Of a stretch of DNA of 34,015 nucleotides, positions 24,558 to 32,721 are shown piece by piece; the first letter of the stretch is position 1, and every line of letters starts with the position of its first letter. Where the stretch lies: positions 1 through 34,015 of the forward strand of contig JAKBNO010000022.1 in assembly GCA_021831005.1 (NCBI GenBank), given 5' to 3'. Source of the DNA: Thermoplasmata archaeon (GTDB lineage Archaea; Thermoplasmatota; Thermoplasmata; Thermoplasmatales; GCA-001856825). The translations under genes were made by a program, and so were the position numbers. A model generated the notes under the pieces. It was not told the origin of the DNA and did no database searches. It saw nothing but the letters and a program-made list of their open reading frames with translations.

Positions 24558-25464
24558 TAATGTTGACTTCCAGTTCCATCAATTCTTCCGCCGCTATGAC
24601 ATTTTGGAAAACAGATTTGGCCTCATCAACGATCGGTTTGATGTCGTTATATCTTGGACTGAAGTGGACTAGAATAAGTTTGCGCGAGTTGGAGTCCTTC
24701 GCCTGGATAGCCGCATCCTTTCCCGTTGAATGACCATAAGAACTCACTTTCTCTTCATTGCTCTTTTCACCAGTTGACTCGTGAATAAGAACGGAAGAGT
24801 CTCTGAAAAGGTCAAGCAGGTTCTTGGCTCTCCTCGTGTCACCCGAATAGGATACCTTCCTTCCTTTCCTTACTCCCGCAGAGATATCCTCTAGATTGAT
24901 TGTGTTTCCATTTACCTGTGCAGAACCCTCCTTCCTGATTTTTTCCAATAAACGTCTCGGGACCTTGAGGCGTTCGATCTTTGACTCGTCCAATTTGGAG
25001 TAGTTCTTCTCTATCAATGAATAGGAGAGGGCTGGAACCGTGTGGCTTGCCTCAGCATAAGCTACCGAGTAGTCTCCAAAATCTACCGATGAGTTCCCTT
25101 TCAACTCTTCAATCCTTATTTCGAAATTCAGGGAATAGTATCCAATTGAAAGTAAATTTCCAAGGACTGAAGAAGCTCCAATCGGGCCATAAATTTCGAG
25201 AGGATCGGTTCTCCCGTAAAAACTCATCGTCTGGATCAACCCAGGAAGTCCTAGGAAATGGTCTCCGTGGAAATGGGTAATGAAAATCTTTCTAATCTTC
25301 ATCAGAGAGAGTGAGCTCTTCATCAGTGCAGTCTGGGCGCTCTCTCCACAGTCAAATAGAATTGCCTCATCATTGATCCTTATTCCCACGCTCAGAGTGT
25401 TCCTCTGGGGCGTAGGCCACGAACCCCCCGTTCCAAAGAAAAAGAGTCTGATGGAGGAGATCAT
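24550..25464 (-). CDS. rnz: Ribonuclease Z (tRNA 3' endonuclease, metallo-beta-lactamase fold)
   Basis: The ORF is 304 aa. It has N-terminal FFGTGGSWPTPQRN and the zinc motif ITHFHGDHFLGLPGL. It overlaps ThiI by 4 nt and the EndoV fusion gene by 8 nt. Confidence 0.9.
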   Translation of the reverse strand: MISSIRLFFFGTGGSWPTPQRNTLSVGIRINDEAILFDCGESAQTALMKSSLSLMKIRKIFITHFHGDHFLGLPGLIQTMSFYGRTDPLEIYGPIGASSVLGNLLSIGYYSLNFEIRIEELKGNSSVDFGDYSVAYAEASHTVPALSYSLIEKNYSKLDESKIERLKVPRRLLEKIRKEGSAQVNGNTINLEDISAGVRKGRKVSYSGDTRRAKNLLDLFRDSSVLIHESTGEKSNEEKVSSYGHSTGKDAAIQAKDSNSRKLILVHFSPRYNDIKPIVDEAKSVFQNVIAAEELMELEVNIND

Positions 25465-26555
25465 CCAGATCTACCGAGAATCTTCAGCTCCACTTCGTGC
25501 ATTTCTACCGGGCTGCTGTGTGTCCGGGGTCTTGGTGGAAGGAAATAACAATCGCACGATGAGGTGTCAGATAAGAATATGTCAAACGCTCCTATCTTCT
25601 CCGAGAGCCTTTCTATTTCTATCTTGTCAAATCCTATAAGCGGTCTGAATATAGGTATGTTAATTTTCTCCTCAATGGTGTTCAAATTATCCAGTGTTTG
25701 ACTAGCCACTTGTCCTAAATCTTCTCCTGTTATAATCGCTTTTCCTCCAATCTCTCTCGCATAATTTTCCCCTTCCTTGTACATCTCTCTCTTGCAGAAG
25801 AGGCAGGTCCACCTTGCTTCCTTAGTCTTTCTGAGTTCCATGACAGTCTTGCCTATCATCTTCCTGTGGTCCATGATTTTGATCTCGATTGGATATGGTG
25901 AATATTGCTCAAGCAGTTCCTTGTTCCTGAAAACTTTCTCCAGTGTCCTCGAACTCTGAAAATAGTGAATGAGGTTGAGTTCCATTCCCCTCTTCAACAT
26001 CATATACGCTGCGACTGGAGAATCAATACCTGCAGAAATGAGTGCGACTCCTTTCCCCTGCGATCGTACCGGCATACCCCCAACGCCCTGAACAATTTCG
26101 TCATAGATGTACGAGAACTTGGACCCTATGTCCACCCCTATGTTCTTGTCATAGTTGAACAGGTCTACCTTAGCCTCCGGGTTGGAATCTAGTACTAACT
26201 CTCCCAGTCTCGCTGAGAAATCCTGAGAAGTCATCGGAAAGTTCTTGTCCCTCCTGTTGACGGTAATCCTGAACTTGCCATTCACTCCAATTTGTGAAAT
26301 CCTTGTTTCGATTTCCGGTATAGTGGAGTTGACTTTCTCAACGACGGAAAACGATGCAATTCCAAACACCTTTGAAAGTAAATGATCAACCCTTTCCTCG
26401 GAGTCAACAATAAGGCGAGACTCTTCTCTAATGACGTTCCCCCTGATGGAACTCTCGTTGAGTTTAGCCATTATGTTCCTTGAAAGTAACTCCTCGAAGT
26501 AATTTCGATTATCTCCTTTTGTACCTATCTCCGAGTATCTTACGAGGGTGAGCAC
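25461..26555 (-). CDS. thiI: tRNA 4-thiouridine synthase ThiI (THUMP + PP-loop, no rhodanese domain)
   Basis: It has a GTG start. The N-terminus LVRYSEIGTKGDNRNYFE, the PP-loop ISAGIDSPVAAYMM and the C-x-x-C motif (CLFC) are present. At 364 aa it ends without a rhodanese module. Confidence 0.9.
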   Translation of the reverse strand: MLTLVRYSEIGTKGDNRNYFEELLSRNIMAKLNESSIRGNVIREESRLIVDSEERVDHLLSKVFGIASFSVVEKVNSTIPEIETRISQIGVNGKFRITVNRRDKNFPMTSQDFSARLGELVLDSNPEAKVDLFNYDKNIGVDIGSKFSYIYDEIVQGVGGMPVRSQGKGVALISAGIDSPVAAYMMLKRGMELNLIHYFQSSRTLEKVFRNKELLEQYSPYPIEIKIMDHRKMIGKTVMELRKTKEARWTCLFCKREMYKEGENYAREIGGKAIITGEDLGQVASQTLDNLNTIEEKINIPIFRPLIGFDKIEIERLSEKIGAFDIFLSDTSSCDCYFLPPRPRTHSSPVEMHEVELKILGRSG

Positions 26556-26704
26556 CAGGGTCTAAGGTATCCTCTTTTATGAACCTTTCTTAGTTCAGAA
26601 TGTATACGCGGGAATTCGATTTCAGCGTCGTGACCGATGAAGAACCCGCGATCATTCATTATTGGAATTTTAGTTCGTTGCATTCCAAATAAAAATTTAT
26701 AACA

Positions 26705-27343
26705 ATGCAGTATATTAGTTTGAAAATGACCAACTTAAGCGATTTCCTTCACATTGCAATAGAACTTTTCGTCGTTGTCGATCCATTTGCAGCGATGATC
26801 ATGTTCATCACTTTTGCAAAGGGGGAAGACGTGAAGGAAAGGAGGAGACTGGTAAATGATGCCACTATTTCCAGCTTCCTTATCTTGTTGTTTTTTGCCT
26901 TTGTAGGCTCCTTCATCCTTCTTTACTTCGGGATCTCCATAGCAGCTCTCGAGATCGCAGGAGGAATCCTGATTCTTTTGACCAGTATTGAAATGGTGAC
27001 TGAGGGAGATAAGCCGTCCGGGAAGAAGGGCACGAGCGAAGCGGACCCTGTTAAGAGGGACGTCGGCATAGTCCCGTTAGGCACACCACTGTTGGCAGGT
27101 CCAGGCGCAATCTCGCTTGTCATTCTCCTGATGCACGATTACAACTGGGGACTAGTCATTTTAGCGATAGTGGTTGTATCCGTGATCACTTATATTCTAT
27201 TCCTCTCAAGCTTCTTCATATACAACATAATAAAGGAGAAAGGAGCAAGGGCACTTACTAGGGTGTTCGGTATTCTTGTGGCAGGATTTGCTATCCAGTA
27301 CATCCTGACCGGGGCCTTACTCTTCTTCCACATTCACGTTTGA
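26705..27343 (+). CDS. MarC family (UPF0056) integral membrane protein
   Basis: The ORF is 212 aa with about 6 TM segments. The N-terminal VVVDPFAAMIMF block and overall layout fit the MarC family. Confidence 0.7.
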   Translation: MQYISLKMTNLSDFLHIAIELFVVVDPFAAMIMFITFAKGEDVKERRRLVNDATISSFLILLFFAFVGSFILLYFGISIAALEIAGGILILLTSIEMVTEGDKPSGKKGTSEADPVKRDVGIVPLGTPLLAGPGAISLVILLMHDYNWGLVILAIVVVSVITYILFLSSFFIYNIIKEKGARALTRVFGILVAGFAIQYILTGALLFFHIHV

Positions 27344-27367
27344 CCGGTTCCAAATTTATTAATAACG

Positions 27368-27982
27368 TTGAATGATTGCATTGAAGTGACGGTTATCAAG
27401 GCAGATATTGCAAACGTGCAGCAGATTGTCGATGGTATGGAGAGGGGGCCTGTGGTTCTGCCGACCGAGACGCTGTATGCGCTCGCTGTGCCTATATCCA
27501 GCAAGTCTGGATATGATGCCGTCTATAAACTCAAGAATGTCAAGATGCAGAGTGCAAGTCCTGTCGGATTCTATGGTTTGAGGGATATGGAGAAATACTG
27601 CTCGATGGACGAAGGTACAAAGAGAATCGCTAGGGAACTTCTTCCCGGACCTCTGACGCTGATAATAAAGTCCAAGGTAGAGGCGCACTGGGTTGTGAAC
27701 GAAAGAATAGCCGCAAGGATTTCCTCAAGTTTACTTGTAAGAGAGATCATCAGGAAGGTAGGGCCAATAACAATGGTTGGTGCAAATATCCGGGGATTCA
27801 GGTCCTCTGCAAACCTACAGGAAATAATGGGACAGTTTGGGGATAAGATAAAACTCTATGTTGACGGAGGAGAGATAAGCGGTGTTCCATCCACAATATA
27901 CGACTGCACAACCAAGAAACTGTTACGGGAGGGAACCATTACTCTCAAATCGATTAAGGAGGCCGAGAATGGATTACGATGA
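27368..27982 (+). CDS. L-threonylcarbamoyladenylate synthase (Sua5/YrdC/TsaC family, single-domain)
   Basis: It has the VVLPTETLYALAV motif and a C-terminal GGE..GVPSTIYD block. The start is TTG. It overlaps the map start by 14 nt. Confidence 0.8.
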   Translation: MNDCIEVTVIKADIANVQQIVDGMERGPVVLPTETLYALAVPISSKSGYDAVYKLKNVKMQSASPVGFYGLRDMEKYCSMDEGTKRIARELLPGPLTLIIKSKVEAHWVVNERIAARISSSLLVREIIRKVGPITMVGANIRGFRSSANLQEIMGQFGDKIKLYVDGGEISGVPSTIYDCTTKKLLREGTITLKSIKEAENGLR

Positions 27983-28832
27983 TTATGTCCAGTCAGGAAA
28001 AGTAGCTTCCAAGGCTCGGAAGGAAGGATACAAGATGATAGAGGAGGGTATCGAGCTCAGAGCGGTTGCAGACTACCTAGAAGAAATGATCAGGAAAGAC
28101 GGTGCAAGCATTGGCTTTCCGGTAAACCTTTCTATCAACCACGAGGCTGCACACTTCACCCCGGCCCCTGATACGGATCTAAAGTTTCAGCAGGGAGACC
28201 TTGTGAAACTGGATCTGGGCGCAGAGGTAAATGGCTGCATTGCAGATACTGCGGTCACAAAGGAGGTGTCCACAAACGACTGGACCAACCTCATAAAGGC
28301 TTCACAGGAAGCGACGGAGAATGCTATAAAAAAGGTCAAGGTCGGAGCTCTCACCTCAGAGATAGGGAGGGAAATCGAGTCAACTATCAGAAAGTACGGC
28401 TACAATCCGGTATACAACCTGACAGGACACACGCTAGAGAAGTACGTGCTTCATGCGGGCACCTCTTTTCCCAACTACGACGATGGTTCAAGAGTGCGAC
28501 TGTACCCAGGAATGACCTTCGCGATCGAGCCATTTGCGACTACCGGAAGAGGGAGGGTAAAAGGACTCGAATTTGGCAACATCATGCTTTGCTTGAAAGA
28601 AGATACAGACGAATCTATGAAGACACTCCGCAAGATATCCAGGGGACTCCCTTTCTCGATGAGAGATGCGGCTAGAAGTGTAGAAAACTACGATTTCGTC
28701 GTGAAAGAAGCCCTCAAAAAGAAGTACATATATCCGTACCCAGTACTCAAGGAGAACAAGGGCGAAATGGTTGCTCAGACTGAGCACTCCGTCTTTCTGA
28801 GGGAGGACGGTCCTATAGTAACAACTTTGTGA
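27969..28832 (+). CDS. map: Methionine aminopeptidase, type 2 (archaeal)
   Basis: The metal-ligand blocks are present: DLVKLDLGAEVNGCIADTAVT, GHTLEKYVLHAG, FAIEPFATTG and AQTEHSV. The start is set at the ATG at 27969 (MDYDDYVQSGK). The upstream part of the ORF overlaps Sua5 in another frame. Confidence 0.9.
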   Translation: MDYDDYVQSGKVASKARKEGYKMIEEGIELRAVADYLEEMIRKDGASIGFPVNLSINHEAAHFTPAPDTDLKFQQGDLVKLDLGAEVNGCIADTAVTKEVSTNDWTNLIKASQEATENAIKKVKVGALTSEIGREIESTIRKYGYNPVYNLTGHTLEKYVLHAGTSFPNYDDGSRVRLYPGMTFAIEPFATTGRGRVKGLEFGNIMLCLKEDTDESMKTLRKISRGLPFSMRDAARSVENYDFVVKEALKKKYIYPYPVLKENKGEMVAQTEHSVFLREDGPIVTTL

Positions 28833-29397
28833 CTTGTTCGTCCACTTCTGCATATAGCTGGTCCAGGTTTCCATTGCTGTCAATATAAGTGAGGTTCTCC
28901 AGCTTCCCCTTCAAGCCGTAATATAAATTCTGGACACCTTCGAGGTATTCCCTCTTCTCGAACCTAGAGACTGCTCCCCTCTTAGTCACCCTTCCCAACG
29001 CAACATCAACGTCACAATACAAAATGAAAACGTGAGTGGGGAGTACGGGAAGCAACCTTGCAGTCTTCATGAAAAAATCGAAATATTGATCGACATCCTT
29101 GAACATCTTGCTCAGGTAGTACCCCTGATATGCATAGCTGGAGTATAGCGAACGATCCGAAACTACATTTCCCCGATTGCTTCCTTCCTTCAACACGGCT
29201 GCTCGGTCTGCCATGAAGAGAAAGAAATCGGTCACAGGGTCCCAATCATTTCCATTTATCAAAGACCCAATATTTCCAGACGAAGGTTCTTGCACTGTTG
29301 CAAAGCCGAACTTTTCTGCTACGTGCTTCGCAACGAACGTTTTTCCCGTACCATCTATGCCTTCAATCGCAAGATAGATGTTAGAAGAACGAGTCAA
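28813..29397 (-). CDS. tmk: Thymidylate kinase
   Basis: The ORF is 194 aa. It has the P-loop LAIEGIDGTGKT and the DR-Y region (VSDRSLYSSYAYQG). It overlaps the FEN-1 3' end by 17 nt. Confidence 0.85.
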   Translation of the reverse strand: MTRSSNIYLAIEGIDGTGKTFVAKHVAEKFGFATVQEPSSGNIGSLINGNDWDPVTDFFLFMADRAAVLKEGSNRGNVVSDRSLYSSYAYQGYYLSKMFKDVDQYFDFFMKTARLLPVLPTHVFILYCDVDVALGRVTKRGAVSRFEKREYLEGVQNLYYGLKGKLENLTYIDSNGNLDQLYAEVDEQVTKLLL

Positions 29398-30391
29398 TGC
29401 TCCGCTGCACCCCCTGTTTCCTCGCTTCCCTCACTCTACTAAGCGCAGACGTCACTCTCTCAGCAGAGAAGTCGTGATTTGTAACAAGTATCTCCGACGC
29501 TTTCTGCTCATTCAGTTCAGGAATCCGTATATGCCCCGGATCGACCACGTTCGGATTGAGGAATATATCCCTGATCTCTTCATAGTTCTCGATCTTGATA
29601 TTTGAGATGTTTCTTAGGGAACCATTCTTCTTGATCAGTTGATATGCCTTCTTGGGGCCAATCCCCTTGATCCCATCATTGAAATCGGTGCCAATAAGAA
29701 TACCCATATCGACTAGCTGTTCCCTCGTGATGCCCAACTTCCTAAGGATCTCATCATTCACCAGGATTTCCGGTTTGACATCAACCACTCGTCCAGTTCT
29801 ACCATATCTCCGCTTTCCACTGATCGTGAGATTTCTTATGAGACGGGGAGAGCCAAATAAAAGGGAATCATAGTCCTGGGAAACGGCGGAATAGACCGAT
29901 CCTATCCTGCACAGATAAGATGCTTCCGCTTCGCCTTCCGATGGAGCGTCCACTACCGCAATACCGATTGAATTGAGCAGTTCCTTGGACTCCGCAATCA
30001 TCTCTGCTGTGAGTCTGGAGGTCCTCGAAGCAAAACTCTTCGCCTTTTCGTAATCTCCCATAGCCAAAGACATTCTATATTCCTCTTCTGCCTTTTCCTT
30101 CAGCGCAATCCTTTCCTTGATCGTCTTGTCTTTCAGAGCGGGTGGCTTTCCATCGAAGACGTAAACGGGCACCACTCCTGTCTCGAGCAAACTGATATTT
30201 CTGTAGAAGAGTCCAGAGAGATGGGAAGTAATGTTCCCCTGTTTGTCCTTGAGGGGGCTACCATCGTATTCCCGTATGTTGCTGAGGAACTGGTAAATGA
30301 CGTTGAATGCATCCACAGCCAGCATTCTCCCCTTGAGAGTCTTGAGCTCGACTTCACTGGTCTCAAGCAAAGCAGAAATATCTACGCCCAT
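29381..30391 (-). CDS. fen: Flap endonuclease 1 (FEN-1)
   Basis: It has an MGVDISALL start and the blocks VYVFDGKPPALK, VVDAPSEGEAEASYL, QDYDSLLFG and GTDFN. The C-terminal PCNA-interacting motif QRSIDSFF is present. Confidence 0.95.
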   Translation of the reverse strand: MGVDISALLETSEVELKTLKGRMLAVDAFNVIYQFLSNIREYDGSPLKDKQGNITSHLSGLFYRNISLLETGVVPVYVFDGKPPALKDKTIKERIALKEKAEEEYRMSLAMGDYEKAKSFASRTSRLTAEMIAESKELLNSIGIAVVDAPSEGEAEASYLCRIGSVYSAVSQDYDSLLFGSPRLIRNLTISGKRRYGRTGRVVDVKPEILVNDEILRKLGITREQLVDMGILIGTDFNDGIKGIGPKKAYQLIKKNGSLRNISNIKIENYEEIRDIFLNPNVVDPGHIRIPELNEQKASEILVTNHDFSAERVTSALSRVREARKQGVQRSIDSFF

Positions 30392-30423
30392 CCTATTTAT
30401 ATAATGAAATCCGGCTAAAAAAG

Positions 30424-31092
30424 CTATTCGATGCCTTTTTCAGTGATTACGAAAGGACATTTCACTTCTTCTGGGAGACTTCTGTGCTTAACGATTGTCA
30501 ACTCCCTCCTCCCCCTTCCCACTTTCCGGATCATGAATATCGCTTTTGCAATGTGAGACAACGCACTTCCTCCTACCGGTTGAACTTCACTGGTCGATGT
30601 GTCCATGTAGACCTGATTTACCAGAATAACTGGAATATCTTTAGAGAGGGCTATGTTGTTGAGCATCTCTATCTGTGTTATTAGGGTGTTAGAAGTTTTC
30701 TTTCTAAGCTCAGCCCTTATTTCCCTTTCTGCTCTGTAATGGACCGTTATCGTATCAAAAACCAGGAGCACGACATCATTCATGGACTGTATCAGATTGA
30801 GGATCTTGGGTACAGATTCCAATTGTTCTTCATAACTCCTTATCCTGAAGAACTTGAGATTTGATAGTGCTGACTCGTTTGTTGAAATCTGTGAAATCCG
30901 TTCGGTCGAAACTCCTTCAGTATCGATGAAAATTACTTTTCCGACTTCAGCAGACTTGATAGCTGCGAAAAGGACGAGGTTTGTTTTCCCTGATCCAGGT
31001 TCTCCGTATATCTCAGTGATTATTCCCTTCTCAAAGCCTCCATCGATGCAATCGTCCAAGCGAGCCAATCCGGTTGAGATTCTTTCAGTCAT
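30424..31092 (-). CDS. radB: DNA repair and recombination protein RadB (short RecA/RadA paralogue)
   Basis: The ORF is 222 aa with no N-terminal HhH domain. It has Walker A GEPGSGKTN and Walker B VLLVFDTI. It overlaps the upstream HAD gene in an ATGA arrangement. Confidence 0.85.
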   Translation of the reverse strand: MTERISTGLARLDDCIDGGFEKGIITEIYGEPGSGKTNLVLFAAIKSAEVGKVIFIDTEGVSTERISQISTNESALSNLKFFRIRSYEEQLESVPKILNLIQSMNDVVLLVFDTITVHYRAEREIRAELRKKTSNTLITQIEMLNNIALSKDIPVILVNQVYMDTSTSEVQPVGGSALSHIAKAIFMIRKVGRGRRELTIVKHRSLPEEVKCPFVITEKGIE

Positions 31093-31706
31093 TTCAGGTC
31101 TTTCAAAACATTCGTCAGTTCGCTGAGATCATTGCCTCTTATAATGCAGTCAACAAAGTCAAAATCCGTGTCAGAGTTGAAAAGAATGGAATAATCAGAG
31201 TTCTTGAACATGTCCTTGTCCCATTCGGAATCTCCAATCGAAACCTTCTTTCCTCTGTACTTTTCCAGAAAAAGTCCCTTCTCGTGGGGGTTCACGACTG
31301 CAGTTCCCTTGACTAGCACATCGTTCTCAAAGACGAGTCTATTGGAGTAAATTGCATCCAGGTCGAAGTATTCCTTCACTCTGGAAACGATCACATCAAT
31401 CCCCCCAGAAATTGCAATTTTCTCCCCTCTAAATTCCTCAAGAAATTTCTTCAGTTCTTCGAAGTTAGGGTTTGGAACGATACTCTTGGCTATCTTGTGA
31501 AAATCAGCTCTAGTTATTCTAGCCTGCTTTGCAAGCCAGAGATTGACGTCGCGATCAATGAACTCCTGATACCCAATTTCTCCCTTCAGGAAAGAACGAA
31601 GCGATTCCTCGTTTTTGACGCCAAAGTAGTTATGAATCGTGTTCCAGCTACTTTTTGGCTGTAAAAGCACACCGTCTACGTCAAAAGCGATGAGGGATGG
31701 GCGCAT
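31089..31706 (-). CDS. HAD-superfamily hydrolase, subfamily IB (phosphoserine-phosphatase-like)
   Basis: The ORF is 205 aa. It has motif I IAFDVDGVLL, motif III/IV KKVSIGDSEWDKDMF and an inserted cap region. Confidence 0.7.
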   Translation of the reverse strand: MRPSLIAFDVDGVLLQPKSSWNTIHNYFGVKNEESLRSFLKGEIGYQEFIDRDVNLWLAKQARITRADFHKIAKSIVPNPNFEELKKFLEEFRGEKIAISGGIDVIVSRVKEYFDLDAIYSNRLVFENDVLVKGTAVVNPHEKGLFLEKYRGKKVSIGDSEWDKDMFKNSDYSILFNSDTDFDFVDCIIRGNDLSELTNVLKDLK

Positions 31707-31747
31707 CGTTAAGGCATAATTCCTTCCTATAAGAATTTGCTATGAGT

Positions 31748-31870
31748 GGAGGCGGCGATCCGCATTTCCCATGCCCTCGCGGAACACAGTACACGTGCGG
31801 AACGTGGACGGGCTTAACCTTCGGGTTCGGAATGAGACCGGGTGTTTCCCCGTCGCTATGGCCGTCAACC
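31748..31870 (-). rRNA. 5S ribosomal RNA (archaeal type), not linked to 16S/23S in this window
   Basis: The reverse complement reads GGTTGACGGCCATAGCGACGGGGAAACACCCGGTCTCATTCCGAACCCGAAGGTTAAGCCCGTCCACGTTCCGCACGTGTACTGTGTTCCGCGAGGGCATGGGAAATGCGGATCGCCGCCTCC. It contains the universal 5S blocks CCGAAC, GTTAAGC and GTACTG plus GGGA. The 5' GACGGC can pair with the 3' GCCGCC to form helix I. The ends are approximate to a few nt. Confidence 0.85.
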
Positions 31871-31890
31871 GAGAAGAGATAGAGATGGAC

Positions 31891-31906
31891 TATTTTATCC
31901 TTTCTT
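31891..31906 (-). promoter_or_regulatory. Putative BRE/TATA promoter of the 5S rRNA gene
   Basis: The minus strand reads aaagaaaggATAAAATAgtcc. The TATA-like box is at 31891-31898, about 21-28 nt upstream of the predicted 5S 5' end, and is preceded by a purine-rich BRE-like tract. Confidence 0.4.
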
Positions 31907-32237
31907 TAGGGCTGATTTTGAATGCTATAAGAGAATAACCTATACTCTTGGATGATTGGGGAACACCCTGATCCGGATGTGGAGGGAGTTGTAGACTGTA
32001 ATATATTGCTTCAGTAGTTGTAGTTCGAATTGTCAAAATCTATTAGGATTCAACAAGCTAAGTCAACATACCTCTAGAAATAAACATAGTTGAGGGCTTG
32101 TATTATCCAGTTGAATTTGAGAGAGCGCTGCTGAACTCTTGAGTTGCTGTGCATTTAGTACTTTTTTCAGCTAAATTGATGGGAGAATATCCCTTTCTCC
32201 CTCGTATTCTATCAATTTTTGTTGAAATTTCGTTAGG

Positions 32238-32675
32238 TTACCCTCTGTTTGAGATGACGCTCAACGCAAACAGATCGTAAGCGAAGCAGGAGAACATGAA
32301 CTTCACCCTCACCCTTCTCGAAAGGGTGACGAGGGTGTGGGAGAAGTGGAACACCCTCTTGATGACGGCAAAAGGATATTTCACTAAAGCCCTCTTCCAC
32401 GATATCCTCTTGTTCCGAAGGATGCTCCTTATGCTGAGCTTGATGCCTCTGAGTGCCTTAGCCATGGTGGCGTCATACCCCTTCGGTTTGACCCCAAAGT
32501 AACCCTTATCCCTATACACTGGAAGCCCTCGTTTCCAGATGCTTCTCGTGACCGGGATCGGAAGTGATGAAAGTTGCATCTTGTATTGTGCCATTCTTGA
32601 TCTTGATGCCCTTGGAATCCAGTTGCCTCTGGAGCTCCTTCCATATGATTCTGTCCCTTCCGGTGTTGTCAAGAG
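32238..32675 (-). pseudogene. Decayed IS5-family (DDE_Tnp_1) transposase remnant: N-terminally truncated, internally deleted and frameshifted
   Basis: Two minus-strand frames carry transposase blocks. One reads LDNTGRDRIIWKELQRQLDSKGIKIKNGTIQDATFITSDPGHEKH (first-Asp region). After a frame change near 32512-32530 the other reads VYRDKGYFGVKPKGYDATM...RNKRISWKRALVKYPFAVIKRVF...RVRVKFMFSCFAYDLFAL (second-Asp region and C-terminal block). The D-to-D spacing is about 22 aa versus about 75 in E. coli IS5, and the catalytic Glu position reads Lys (LVKYPF versus KVEHPF). Confidence 0.75.
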
Positions 32676-32721
32676 GAGGGATGATATATATGGAAAATTT
32701 CAATATTTTATTTACAGAAGA

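Noticed and set aside
26620-26665. A CGCGGG ... CCCGCG inverted repeat (6-bp GC arms about 30 nt apart) upstream of the MarC gene, considered as a possible structured RNA.
   Set aside because: The arms are short and the interior has no further pairing I could extend. With no known riboswitch-like conserved core recognised, it is too weak to report as a feature.
32023-32030. A GTTCGAAT T-loop-like octamer in the 5S/IS spacer that might indicate a tRNA.
   Set aside because: The flanking bases cannot form a T-stem (tgtag versus tgtca). No acceptor or anticodon arms can be drawn on either strand.
32539-32721. The 61-codon N-terminal extension of the 307-aa plus-strand ORF.
   Set aside because: It runs antisense through the recognisable transposase blocks of the IS5 remnant and has no protein-like pattern. 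The open frame is best explained as a shadow of the minus-strand coding sequence.
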